Shown: positions 10,186 to 22,673, counted from the first letter of the stretch. The stretch is DNA of 38,121 nucleotides from Octopus bimaculoides (GCF_001194135.2 NC_068983.1:60030430-60068550), one strand, 5' to 3'. The notes: generated by a model not told the origin, from the sequence alone. Program-made: numbers and translations.

Positions 10186-10282
10186 GTGACCGAGATTTAG
10201 TTAATCTTTTAGCTTTTGATGCTGACATGCTGGTAAAACTCTTCAAAGTATGGAAAGGAAAGAAGAGGGAAAAAATTAAGAA
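10186..10282 (+). CDS. CACNA2D: alpha2/delta exon E4 (phase 1/2, 97 nt): (C)DRDLVNLLAFDADMLVKLFKVWKGKKREKI K(K)
   Basis: Acceptor aatcttcttgcAG and donor GTATGT at 10283. CDRDLVNLLAFDA matches the family C-D-x-x-L-I-x-x-V-L-F-D-A motif. Confidence 0.93.
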
Positions 10283-10977
10283 GTATGTACAAAATATCTT
10301 GTTCAAATATTTCGTGAATAATTGCAATATTTTGACGTAGAATATTGATTTTTTAATCTTTCATTGATTCTGTCTTCCACTTTTAATGTTATTATATGCT
10401 TTTATTTCAATTCATACTTTGTATTACAATTTTTAAAATTTTAATTTCAATCAATTATTTCTATTTATAGAGCTATTCATCATCTTTTGATTTTTCTTTT
10501 CCTTTTTTCTTTCTTTATAATATATTTTCTTCTTAGAAGAAAGCGCAAATATTTCAGCTCTTAGTCACTGAAAATTTTCGGCATTAACCCATTAGGCTGT
10601 TTGCTATCCAAATCTCTGAATAAACTTAAACCAGTTCCCTTTGGCTAAATCACTTGCCAATCAAATTGAACTGATATCTATCTTTAGACATTTGAAAACT
10701 GATTCAAAGGTGTAATATTCTTTAAAATAATTTTATTTTCATTTCTTATCTTAATAGATTCTGTTTAAACCATAGGTGTGAGAATAATACGTTTTCAAAT
10801 GTTACAAATTACCATTCCAACATTTAGATGCATTTTGGATTACTTTGAAACATGTCTCCAGAATCTGAATGAAGTGCTATATTATTTGTTCAATGGACTG
10901 TAAGCACTAGACACTTATTACTTAGTTCCAATGACTTTATATTCTAGGTTACTTAATAGAATAGTTATTATCTAAAG

Positions 10978-11295
10978 CAGTGGTTCTCAACCATTTTTTA
11001 CCTATGGACTCCCTGTGATTGCTATTTTACTCGATTGGCCACTCATAGCCATTCAATGTTAGGAAAAGTCCTATTATATTTTTATAATTAAATATTATTA
11101 GGAATTGTATTAAAAATAATTATGTTTAGGTATTTGTTTTGCATGATTCTTTAAAAAAATTTTGTTTAATATTTTGTGTATTGTAGAAGTATAACAAGTT
11201 TATTGCACACAAATTTTAACAACAAAATCTTATATGGAGCCCTAAGGGTCATATGGAGCCCTAAGGGTCATATGGACCCTAGTTGAGAACCCTTG
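10978..11295. mobile_element. hAT (Charlie-type) MITE, 318 bp
   Basis: TIRs CAGTGGTTCTCAAC / GTTGAGAACCCTTG (12/14). 8-bp TSD ATCTAAAG (10970-10977) / CTCTAAAG (11296-11303). Internal 19-bp tandem duplication at 11232-11269. Confidence 0.88.
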
Positions 11296-11908
11296 CTCTA
11301 AAGAAGGTTCTCCACTAAATCCATGACCATACTTTCTAGTTCTACTCTAATCATGTACAATTATAAAAAGCATCTACACAAATCTGGAGTCTCATGATTA
11401 CAAGTATAAAGGAAATTCATTAATTTTTTATAAAGCTGACATATTTGTTCATTAAACATCAGTGTTGATAACATTCAACAGTATTTTTTGTATACCTATA
11501 TCATCATTCTTCACATTCAGCTATAAAATGTAAAAGTTAGGTGCCTCAGTTATCAAGTTGTTTGTTTGATTGATTGCCTGAGTATCTGCCCTAGTTTCAT
11601 TAAACGACTGAAACTAGGAAGTCCAAATTATTTTATGAGTGTTTACAAAGCAAGATAAACAATTGTTATTTTATTTCGTTCCATTATGTTTTATTTATTT
11701 ATTTGTTTATTTGTTTATTTGTTTATATGTTTATTTATTGAGAAATTTTGCTGAGATGAAAAATAAAAATCAATAAATCAAAATCCAAAATGCAATATAA
11801 AGATAAGTTATACAATGAACAAAATCAGTTGCATGAAATATTAAATTCAATAGAAATACGCCTCCATACTGAGTTACATAGCAACACAACTTGTTTCAGA
11901 CATTGGTG

Positions 11909-11923
11909 GCTATAATAGTAATA

Positions 11924-11974
<51 letters not shown>

Positions 11975-11985
11975 GTAATAATAAT
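11909..11985. repeat. (TAA)n microsatellite
   Basis: Long TAA run with a few TAG variants. Confidence 0.97.
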
Positions 11986-12927
11986 GTAAAATTCATTCAA
12001 ATATTGACCACTGCATATGTAAAGGAACATTTCCTTTTGTTTCTATTCATTAAATTTTTACACTTTTATTGGTGAGTTCTAGCATTGCTGAGGCACGACC
12101 ATTAAATTGGGTCAGATCTTTATTCCAAATATGAAACAGGGTGGGGAGGAAGGAGATGCAGGCCAATATCATTCTGCTTGGAGGATTTTTTTCTTTTTTT
12201 TCTGGTTTTACTGCAATATATTTATTGATGATCTAGTGTAGAACTATCATTGAAATAAATAAATTACAGTTTCTACATGTAAAAAGAGAAGAATCATCAT
12301 CATTATCATCACATTGCATCTGCATTCCATGTTGGTATGGGTCAGATGAGTCATCATAGTCTATGTTACTTCTTATTCAGAGTTACTGCTCTCCAAAGCG
12401 TGGTTAGGGATCCATATCTTGTTCATACACTTTATTTCAGTTTGGCTTCAATGGCTTAATACCCTTATCAAAATGTGCTGAGTGTATTTTATGAGGGCAA
12501 TGATGCTAGAACAGTTATCAAGCCATCTAAGATCCAAGAAAAATGTCTAGAACCAGTGTATCCAGAAAACTCACCATAAGAAATTTTGCCATGTAGAAAA
12601 ATTCACTGTATGGACACTTATAAAGCATATTATATCAGAATGATAAAAGGGGTTTACAAAGGCTCTAAATAGAAAAATCTTTATTCAACACCAAACATTA
12701 AAAAAAAATGTGATGTGATCATTTCAAATGAAATTTCTTAATTGAAATGTCCTATAACCTGAAACCACATCATTCCTTGTGCACAATTTTCTGTGGTTAC
12801 TTCTTGTCAAGGTTTTCTATCCAATACTGTTCAGATAGAAGTAGTTTTTTTGTTTTGTTTTTATTTTTTGTTTTTTGGGGTTTTTTTGTTTTGTTTTGTT
12901 TTTTTGTTTTCTTCTTCTTTTCAACCA

Positions 12928-13080
12928 TCTGAGACTAAAAGCAGCTGAAAAAACTAAAGTTTATAATTCTTCTGAACTTCAATATGCTGATGATAACACC
13001 ATCACAAAGCACAGTTCTGAAGATCTTCAGGCTATTTCAGATATATTTGGGAATGTATATGAATGTTTTGGTCTATGTAT
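12928..13080 (+). mobile_element. LINE reverse transcriptase fragment (RTE/CR1-group type) with YADD motif
   Basis: RLKAAEKTKV...ELQYADDNTITKHSSEDLQAISDIFGNVYECFGL in ORF 12875..13117. Confidence 0.8.
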
Positions 13081-13088
13081 ACCTTTAA

Positions 13089-13265
13089 TCCTTTTGATAT
13101 TAATCCACCTGAGATGACTTCTGGTTCTCAGATATAAACATTTTGTTTCAAAGTAGTCTTCACATTAATTTGTATTCCAAAATTATTTTACTAAATTCTT
13201 CATTATTTTCAAAATTACTTGAAACAAAGGTAATGAATTTTATCAACAATATACTAACAAAAGGA
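13089..13265. mobile_element. piggyBac-type MITE (related partial copies at about 9680-9900 and 18095-18255)
   Basis: TTAA-TCCTTTTG ... CAAAAGGA-TTAT ends. The internal tactaaattcttcattattttcaaaatta is shared with the copy near 9820-9850. Confidence 0.65.
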
Positions 13266-13722
13266 TTATGGTAACACAGGCACCAGTTTCCTAATGGTGT
13301 CTGTGTTTATGTCCTATAACGTAATGTTACAGCAAACAAACAGTGATCCATCAACTAAAATCCCATCAAAGAGATGCCCCAGTATGGCTGCAGTCCAATG
13401 ACTGGAACAAATCATCATCATCATCATCATCATAATTTAACATTCGTTTTCTATGCTGGCATGGGTTGGATGGTTTGACTGAGAACTGGCAAGCCGGGAG
13501 GCTGCACCAGTCTCCAATCTGATCTGGCAATGTTTCTACAGATGGATGCCCTTCCTAACGCCAACTACTCTGAGAGTGTAGTGGGTGCTTTTTATGTGCC
13601 ACCAGCATGGGAACCAGTCAGGCAGCACTGGCATCAAGAGTAAAAGCAGTTATAATATATGATTTTTCTGTTGTTTTGGCTTTTATATGCTAATGGTGTA
13701 TACATTTGTTTCCTCTCCCTAG

Positions 13723-13803
13723 GAAAGGGGTAGAAATTATTTTTGTTGGAACATCTTCTGGATTGTTTCTGTACGAACAGTTTGTGGATGAATTGACTGA
13801 TTT
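13723..13803 (+). CDS. CACNA2D: alpha2/delta exon E5 (phase 2/2, 81 nt): (K)KGVEIIFVGTSSGLFLYEQFVDELTD
   Basis: Acceptor tttgtttcctctccctAG and donor GTAAGT at 13804. KGVEIIFVGTSSGL matches alpha2delta-3-type KGVEVAFLGTRTGL. Confidence 0.93.
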
Positions 13804-13960
13804 GTAAGTATTGATTGAGCCAGCCTCAATAATTTAATTTCTTTGTTTTTTTTTTTCTTTTTACCATTTTTCTATCATCTTCATTAAAGTATATAATTTA
13901 GACAATTAAACTATGTGGGTAATGATATCAGGTGTGATGTCTTCCTTCTATGTCTCTCTT

Positions 13961-14029
<69 letters not shown>

Positions 14030-15014
14030 NNNNNNNNNNNNNNNNNNNNNNNNNNNNNNNNNNNNNNNNNNNNNNNNNNNNNNNNNNNNNNNNNNNNNNN
14101 NNNNNNNNNNNNNNNNNNNNNNNNNNNNNNNNNNNNNNNNNNNNNNNNNNNNNNNNNNNNNNNNNNNNNNNNNNNNNNNNNNNNNNNNNNNNNNNNNNNN
14201 NNNNNNNNNNNNNNNNNNNNNNNNNNNNNNNNNNNNNNNNNNNNNNNNNNNNNNNNNNNNNNNNNNNNNNNNNNNNNNNNNNNNNNNNNNNNNNNNNNNN
14301 NNNNNNNNNNNNNNNNNNNNNNNNNNNNNNNNNNNNNNNNNNNNNNNNNNNNNNNNNNNNNNNNNNNNNNNNNNNNNNNNNNNNNNNNNNNNNNNNNNNN
14401 NNNNNNNNNNNNNNNNNNNNNNNNNNNTCTATATATATATTACGGAGATGTACTTGCATAGCAAGTGACCTGATCTGAGATCGTGAGCTGGAATGAAAAC
14501 AATTGCAGTGGTGAAGGTGTTTATAAGCCATTTAAAAACACACAAAAACCATGAGATTCACTCCAACATTTAAATTTAATTTGGCAAAATATTTTCGTCG
14601 CTTTGAAACCGCTACCTGTTCACTGACAAAATTTCCATGCTACACATATATATTTCATTTATATCATTATCATCATTTAATGTCTGTTTTCCATGTTGGC
14701 ATGAGTTAAATGGTTCAACAGAAGCTAGCAAGCTGGAGGACTGTGCCAAGCTCTATTGTTAGCTTTGGCATGGTTTCTATGGCTGGATGCCCTTCCAAAT
14801 ACCAACCACTTAACAGAATAAACTGGGCGCTTTTCATATGCATGACAAAGACCCCTCAACTAGGAGGAGAAGTAGTATTGTGGGAGGTGGCTTTGTGCCA
14901 GTTGATGAGAAGTTAAAAAGTAAAATAGAGGAATAAAGATAGGTGTTTTGTTGTAGAGGAGATTACATGGCTACTCAAGTTGGGAAAATGAGAGTTTCAG
15001 AGAATGATAGAAAC

Positions 15015-15074
<60 letters not shown>

Positions 15075-15289
15075 TGGTAGAGCACCATAGACAGAGAAAT
15101 GATTCTTTGGGGAGGAGATGTGGGGGAAATGCTTGGCAGGACAGAGAAAGTGGAGGTACGGCAGAACCCTACATGTACAAGCATTACTAAAGTGATTTTA
15201 GGATATCTTTTCAACTATGAAGCCAGGTTTTCTCAAGCACTGCAAAGTACCAATCATCTTGACCCTTTTTCATCTCCCCCCATAAGGCT

Positions 15290-16087
15290 CAGCATCTTGA
15301 AATTGGCCTTCACTACTTCGTCCTCTGTCTTCCTGACTCTCCTTCTTCCACAAGTTCCATCCACTTTCACTGGTCAGCACTTCTTCATGTGACTGTCCTC
15401 ATTCATACACATCACATGATCAAACCAGCACAGTCTTCTTTCTTGCACACTACATCTAATTCTTCTTATGCCTAACTTTTCTCTCAATACATTAGCACTT
15501 TCTTATACATACACACTGACATCGTACATCCAATGGAGCATACTAGCTTCATTCCTCTCAAGTCTTCACATCTTTTGCATGCCTGAGTCACACTACCTGC
15601 ACATGCCTGCATCACACTACTATGTAGCATTGCTGTTTCTACTCAGGCATCATACAATCTTCCTTTCCATCAAAGAGACACAGACAGAGAGAGAGAGAGA
15701 GATTTTGTTGCCAAGGGAGATAAAAGCTGTCTGAATTTTCTCCATTCTATTCTTACTCTAAAGACTACGCTTTCAGAACATCCTCCTCCACAATTAATTA
15801 GTTCACCTAGGTTAACAAAAATTATCTATTACCTCAAGAGAGCCTCCAGAATATTTGAGAAAATCAATTTCCCATGTATCTATAATCTTTATGGCTCCTG
15901 TGCATCATCCACACATGGATAGTACTTTCTCCATTAACCTTCTTGTGATTCCACAGCACCTCTTACATGTCCACAGTTTGCACTGGGTACACCACATGGG
16001 ATCCCTGCCTATAACTTTCCTATACACTTACCAGGGCCATTTATCTAAAGGGTCTTGTCTATTTTCTTGTTTACTAGAACATTTTGG

Positions 16088-16088
<1 letters not shown>
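15290..16088 (-). mobile_element. Degenerate RTE LINE (RT C-terminal part with a Cys/His-rich insert)
   Basis: Minus-strand remnants CTQCKLWT, SLEVIDNFC, RNEASML.WM..VSV and RRLCWFDHVM. Same family as the copy at 31058-31400, with many stops. Confidence 0.85.
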
Positions 16089-16126
<38 letters not shown>

Positions 16127-17170
16127 NNNNNNNNNNNNNNNNNNNNNNNNNNNNNNNNNNNNNNNNNNNNNNNNNNNNNNNNNNNNNNNNNNNNNNNNNN
16201 NNNNNNNNNNNNNNNNNNNNNNNNNNNNNNNNNNNNNNNNNNNNNNNNNNNNNNNNNNNNNNNNNNNNNNNNNNNNNNNNNNNNNNNNNNNNNNNNNNNN
16301 NNNNNNNNNNNNNNNNNNNNNNNNNNNNNNNNNNNNNNNNNNNNNNNNNNNNNNNNNNNNNNNNNNNNNNNNNNNNNNNNNNNNNNNNNNNNNNNNNNNN
16401 NNNNNNNNNNNNNNNNNNNNNNNNNNNNNNNNNNNNNNNNNNNNNNNNNNNNNNNNNNNNNNNNNNNNNNNNNNNNNNNNNNNNNNNNNNNNNNNNNNNN
16501 NNNNNNNNNNNNNNNNNNNNNNNNNNNNNNNNNNNNNNNNNNNNNNNNNNNNNNNNNNNNNNNNNNNNNNNNNNNNNNNNNNNNNNNNNNNNNNNNNNNN
16601 NNNNNNNNNNNNNNNNNNNNNNNNNNNNNNNNNNNNNNNNNNNNNNNNNNNNNNNNNNNNNNNNNNNNNNNNNNNNNNNNNNNNNNNNNNNNNNNNNNNN
16701 NNNNNNNNNNNNNNNNNNNNNNNNNNNNNNNNNNNNNNNNNNNNNNNNNNNNNNNNNNNNNNNNNNNNNNNNNNNNNNNNNNNNNNNNNNNNNNNNNNNN
16801 NNNNNNNNNNNNNNNNNNNNNNNNNNNNNNNNNNNNNNNNNNNNNNNNNNNNNNNNNNNNNNNNNNNNNNNNNNNNNNNNNNNNNNNNNNNNNNNNNNNN
16901 NNNNNNNNNNNNNNNNNNNNNNNNNNNNNNTTTTTTTTTTTTTTTTTTTTTTTTTTGGAAGTGAATATTAAAATATTAGACATTTATTGTAGAAAAAGGT
17001 TGACAAAAATTGGAAACAAAATAACTTCAAGTTTTGTTGTTTGTGAGCAAAATGAATATAATGGCATTCCGATAAAATCTATTTTGTGTGTGTGTGTGTG
17101 TTTGTATGTATGTATATATATTTATATGCATGTATATTTTTATCTATATATCTATCTATATATATATGTA

Positions 17171-17212
<42 letters not shown>

Positions 17213-17261
17213 TGTATATATATATATATATANNNNNNNNNNTATATATATATATATATAC

Positions 17262-17310
<49 letters not shown>

Positions 17311-17790
17311 CATGTATGCATAGACAGACAGACAAATATACATACATATAAATATATACACATATTATAACTGAAAAGCTCTGATTTCCAGTATTCCGAA
17401 TTGCTCATTTCCAATAATCAGCTGGTAAACCAAGCCTTTCAGTAGTAAGGTATTGAAGAATACTTGACAGCCATTTGTATACTGAGTCCTGTAATTTATC
17501 ATGAATCATGTGTGTGTGTGCGTATGTATGGGTGTGTATCCATGTGCATGTGTGTGTGATGAGGATTCACTCCATCACTTCACAGACTTACTTCCTTCTC
17601 CTATCTGTCATTTGCAGAGCATTCCACAAATGACAGCAGTGTTATTAAACATATGTAATAATAAAAATATTTTTGTTTCATTTGGGGTTGTTGTTGTTGT
17701 TGGGCAAAAAATAAAAAGAAATTAATATAAAACTTGATTAATCTTTATTCCATACATAAATCGCTTTTATCTATTTATTATTTTATATAG

Positions 17791-17996
17791 ATAGGCTTAA
17801 ATTTCTAGACTTAAACACAACAGCAATAACTGTGAGCGTTCCTGTTCTTAAGTGTGCTGGTGGAGGAGATCGTCAGAATTACACTGTGGCAGGTGTATCT
17901 GGTTATCAAATGTCTTTCTATAAATTTGATGAACTCGTCAGTGAAACGTTTGGTTGTCCAAATGGGAAGTACTGTTCCATCTACAACGGTGACAAT
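17791..17996 (+). CDS. CACNA2D: alpha2/delta exon E6 (probably phase 1/0): xRLKFLDLNTTAITVSVPVLKCAGGGDRQNYTVAGVSGYQMSFYKFDELVSETFGCPNGKYCSIYNGDN
   Basis: Donor GTGAGT at 17997. VAGVSGYQMSF matches the family AAVGIQMKL. The 5' boundary is uncertain: the AG at 17789-90 has the best tract, with alternatives ending at 17794, 17808 and 17823. Confidence 0.9.
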
Positions 17997-20457
17997 GTGA
18001 GTTCACTTCTTTGTTTTTGTTTCTGCTTCTTGTTTGTTTTCTTTTTATCTTCTCTTAAATACCAAATCTGCCTGGAACCACTCCTAGATCTATGATACAA
18101 ACTGCCTGTTTTAAAGGGATCTAAATTTTAAAAAAGGCTACCATCAAAACTTCATGTTTATTTTTTGTTCCAAACCCCAGGTTAATAACAACAATGTTCA
18201 GAATTAATTGAAATATAGATTAGTGTATTTTGACCAAAGCGTAGCAACAAAAGGGTTAATCTTTATTTAAGATGGTTACAGTGAGCTCTAAGGAACATTT
18301 ATGGCAAAACTGTGGATGCAGAACAACCAGATTATTAAAAAGTTTGATAAACACTTAATCCTAAACCTTTCCAACTATTAAATCCACTCACAAGGTTTTA
18401 GTTGGAATGACGCTATAGTAGAAAACACTTACCCAAGGTCCCACACCGTGAAACTGAACCTGAAGCCATGTACTTTGAAAGTGCACTACTTAACCACACA
18501 GCCAATGCTATAAACTAACTTTGTTCATTTGCAGTAGGGTGTCTGACTTTTTTTGAAAGTCAAACTGGCATGGAACAAAAAGGAGGTGGTTGAGAAATGC
18601 TGGCACAGAAGCTCATTAGTTGCCTAGATAATTAGTTTCCAGTAATTATGGAGTTTATATATTTAAAACCTTTCAGACCTGTGGTCACTCCTTTGTAAAT
18701 GTTCATATTATAAACTTGTCTTAATAGAGACATTGATTTTTTTTTTTGTTTTCTCCTTTTACACTAATTGCTCCACCACATTTAGATCAATCTACTCTGT
18801 TTTCATTTAATATTCCATGATAAATTGTAATTGTTTCATATTTTTATATGATTTATTCTTTCTCCCATTTTTTGTCTTTTTTAGATTTATGATAATTATC
18901 TAGTGCAGTAATTAGTTTCTCATTTGATCCATGATTTAAATAATTATCTACGGTTATTTTTAAACAGTCTCAAAAAATTATATCGCCACCTTTTTATATA
19001 TTTATATATATATTTTTTTTACAAAATTCAACTTTGTTAACATCATCATCATTACACCATCGTCATGATCATCATCATCATCATCATCACCACTACCACC
19101 ATCACCACCACCATCATCATCATCATTGTTTAACATCAATATATTTTGCACAACTGCTATAATAGAAACTAAACAACTTTGTGCATGTTCAACAGTCATT
19201 TATTTATTTATTCATTTATTGGAATCTGAACACATAATTTATTTTTAATTAATTAAAAATTCTTGACTCTTACGACATGAAGTATGCTAGCCCCACTTCT
19301 CTGTTAAGTTTCTACACACAAGGCGCCTGTAAAGATTTTTCTATTGTCATTCTTTTAATTTATTGCACCCCTCCATATTGATACAGCCTTCACAAGTTCC
19401 AGAACAGAAGCACTCAACTGATTAACATAAACTCACTCACAGACATACTCCTCCATTTAGCTTGCAGGCATGCTGTCTCCTCTCACTAGTTTCACTTTCA
19501 CTATTATAACGGTCTCTACTCATTGGAGCTGGCTAGGTTCATGCCAACTCCATTCAAGCACTTCCATTGTACTTATCACTTCCCATCACCCTTGTTGTGT
19601 CCAATTCATTCATCCTATGTTCGCGCACACATTATTACACGCAATCCTTCCTTCCCACAACCTTTCTCCCTCTGAAATTCCCTCTTTATTCATGTCTTTC
19701 CCTCAGAGATTGACTTACAAAGGTTCAAAAGGAACATTAATGACCTCAATCTCACCAGTCTAAAGATGAGGGCTTGTGAAATCTGTGGGCACTGCCCTTT
19801 CCTCCAGGCCTGGATCAGGTAAGGTATGGGGGCATGCACCATTACAGAGTATCACTGCATCCACCAGCTGCCAGTATTTGCTTGGGTTCATCTCAGGCAA
19901 GCTTCCAAGCTGTGTCCCAATCAGTTCCCATCTCTGTGAAATACTTCCTCATTCACTATGACTGTGTGGTCAACCAACCTGAGCCATCATGCTAGTTGGA
20001 TCCTCAGAGAAGAAAACACAGTATGCAAGATCCAACTTGGAAAATTGAGCAACACAACCCCACAGACCCTGCTAGTAAAAAAATAATTGATAGATAATAA
20101 TTGTTCTCCTCATTAAGGGTGTGATTTTAATGAATCGAAAGTTATTGGATCACTACATTAAGCATGCTAGCTTTCCACTTTACTCCACTGCAATATGTCT
20201 GTGCATGTTGTTGTTATTGTTGTGCATGCATGCATCTTCTGCCTAAAGCTGGATGTTGGTGACTTCTGACTGATTAGGCTGTTAGAAGGAGAGGTTGAAG
20301 AAATCACAAATCGATTGATCTACTACTTTAAACTGCTTCAATAAAGAAATCAATAGATTAGTATTGATTTCAGTTGTAGATGTAAGAAGAAAAGTGAAGT
20401 GGGAAGAAAGAAATGAGTAAAGAAAAACGAAAAGTAGAAAATCCTGGCAATTAGACA

Positions 20458-20714
20458 TGCACACACACACACACACACACACATACACATAGAGGCATAT
20501 ACATACACATGCATATATACACTGACATACATACATGTGCACATAGATATGCACAGATATATATGCACACACATACACTCATACAGCCACACATATTAAC
20601 ATGCATTGACATTTATGCATACACTCACACAGAACAAAACACACAAACTGATACACATACATAAACACACATATACACACACAAGCATTTATACATACAT
20701 TCACATGCAGATGT

Positions 20715-20752
<38 letters not shown>

Positions 20753-20790
20753 ATACACACACATATAGAAGCACACACTCACACAACACA
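20458..20790. repeat. Compound (CA)n/(TACA)n low-complexity tract, representative of many CA/TG, TA, AG/CT and TATG microsatellites (e.g. 1745-1791, 13952-14029, 15020-15070, 17085-17360, 26386-26490, 28690-28920, 32160-32237, 34287-34545)
   Basis: Visible tandem di- and tetranucleotide runs. They generate most ORFs in the supplied track. Confidence 0.97.
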
Positions 20791-21948
20791 ATCACAGATT
20801 ATATTTAGATAAACTTTGCACAACTGTATTGAACAGAAGATTGAGTCAACAACAGAAGCTTCTACATGGTTGTGCAACCTACTAAGAATAGCAGCTAAAC
20901 CTCTCTCCTCAAACCATATCCTACCTACTTTTAAATAAAAAATAAGGAGCACATTAGATAACATAATCTTAGATAAACATAGGCCTGAAATAAAGATGGC
21001 ACGAATGCTTTTATTATGTTTGCTCATTCAGGGTTTGTCATATATATATGGCTGTCATCTATGTATTTATGTCATATATGCCAATAGAGAAAGAGCCAAT
21101 TTCTAACCTAGATCCAAGACTCCTTCATTGGAATTTCAGCAACATCAACCATGTATTTGTACATGTTTTTGTGTATGCGTGAAATATTTGGATTCAGTGC
21201 ATGTGCAGATCTGTACGTTTTGTTTTTATGTATGTATTCTCATGCATATAGCTGCATGTCTAGATATGTGCTTACATACTTAAATATAAAAATTCTGGAA
21301 AGTTTTACAAATTTTATATTTCCATATGTGTGTGTGTGTGTTTGTGTGCATGCATGCATACATGTGTGTATGAATGTATGCATATATGTCGTATGTAAGT
21401 CATGTATGTATATATGTATTCTTGCATATATGTATGTATCTATGTACATACATATGTATATATATTTGTATATATGTACATACGTATGTATGTATATATG
21501 CATGCAGTCTAGTCATACATTATCAGGAATTTTCCAAGAATTAGGCATCAAAAACTGCAACATTTATTTTCCGTAATGCTTAAAATGTTAGGCTTTAAAA
21601 CAGAAAGGTGAGCATAGTTGCACAACTGAAAACTTCATTACTGGTATGATCTTAAGCATTTCAATTTACTGTTCTTTGGACATCACTCATCGCCACCATC
21701 ATTTTGACACCTACATATCAATGCTCGCATGAGTCAGATGGAATTCACTGAGTTTTTTTGTGACTGGATGCCCTTCCTGTTACCAACCCTCACTTGTTTC
21801 TAAGCAAAGTAATATTTGCCATTGGCCAGACATGTTTTGATGGGAGACTGGAAATAAGCAGCATTGTTTGTATGATGGTAATGCTCGTTTGCAGCCATAA
21901 CTTGATGTCAAGATGAGTACACACAAGCATGCACACATACACTCTCAC

Positions 21949-22116
21949 ACACACATGTGTATAAATACATATATATATAAAATGGAGACACACATGTGTA
22001 TAAATACATATATATATAAAATGGAGGCACACATGTGTATAAATACGTATATATATAAAATGGAGACACATGTGTACAAATACATGTATATATATAAATA
22101 CATATATAAAATGGAG
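21949..22116. repeat. 39-bp minisatellite, 4 units (the last expanded to 51 bp)
   Basis: Unit acacacatgtgtataaatacatatatatataaaatggag at 21949, 21988, 22027 and 22066. Confidence 0.92.
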
Positions 22117-22607
22117 GCGAACACTTTTCTCTGTGTGATCGGCTGGAAAAATTGTTAAAACACTAGGATATTTTCCTACTTTTCTTAACATGAAACCAAT
22201 GGTGGCCTTGATTCACAAGTAAAGAAATTATATCCACCAATGCAGTGTTGAGCACTCATTTTCATCATTCAACATTTACATGTGTATATGTATATGTGAC
22301 AGCTTTCTTTCAATTTTCATTTACCAAATCCACTGATAAGGCTTTGATCAGCCTGGGGCTATTGCAAAAGACACCTTACCCAAGATACCATACAGTGGGA
22401 CTGAACCCAAAAACATATAGTTGGGAAGCAAGCTTCTTAACTACAGAGTCTGATATTATTCTACACTTTTATCATGATTATTTTGTGTCTTTATATGTTA
22501 CCATTTGTTCTATATCATATGACAGATAATTGAACAAAGTATTTTGGGGGGTTTTTTTCTTGTTCTTTTCAAGCTGTTTCCAATTTAATTTGTTTTGTCT
22601 ATTCCAG

Positions 22608-22673
22608 TCAAACTACACAGTATTTGTGATTGACCATAATGGTATCATCATAACTTCCAGCACAAAAACCACG
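22608..22673 (+). CDS. CACNA2D: alpha2/delta exon E7 (phase 0/0, 66 nt): SNYTVFVIDHNGIIITSSTKTT
   Basis: Acceptor tttgttttgtctattccAG and donor GTCAGT at 22674. VFVIDHNGIII matches the family C-Y-L-I-D-N-N-G-F-I-L. Confidence 0.9.

Noticed and set aside
10537-10566. Strong acceptor followed by AAGAAAGCGCAAA
   Set aside because: The compatible frame reaches TAG within ten codons and there is no donor.
11232-11280. Short direct repeats resembling a CRISPR-like array
   Set aside because: This is a spacerless 19-bp tandem duplication inside a hAT MITE in eukaryotic DNA.
17079-17414. Many ORFs rich in CV, HT, YI, RE or LS repeats throughout the track
   Set aside because: They are translations of CA/TG, TA and AG/CT microsatellites.
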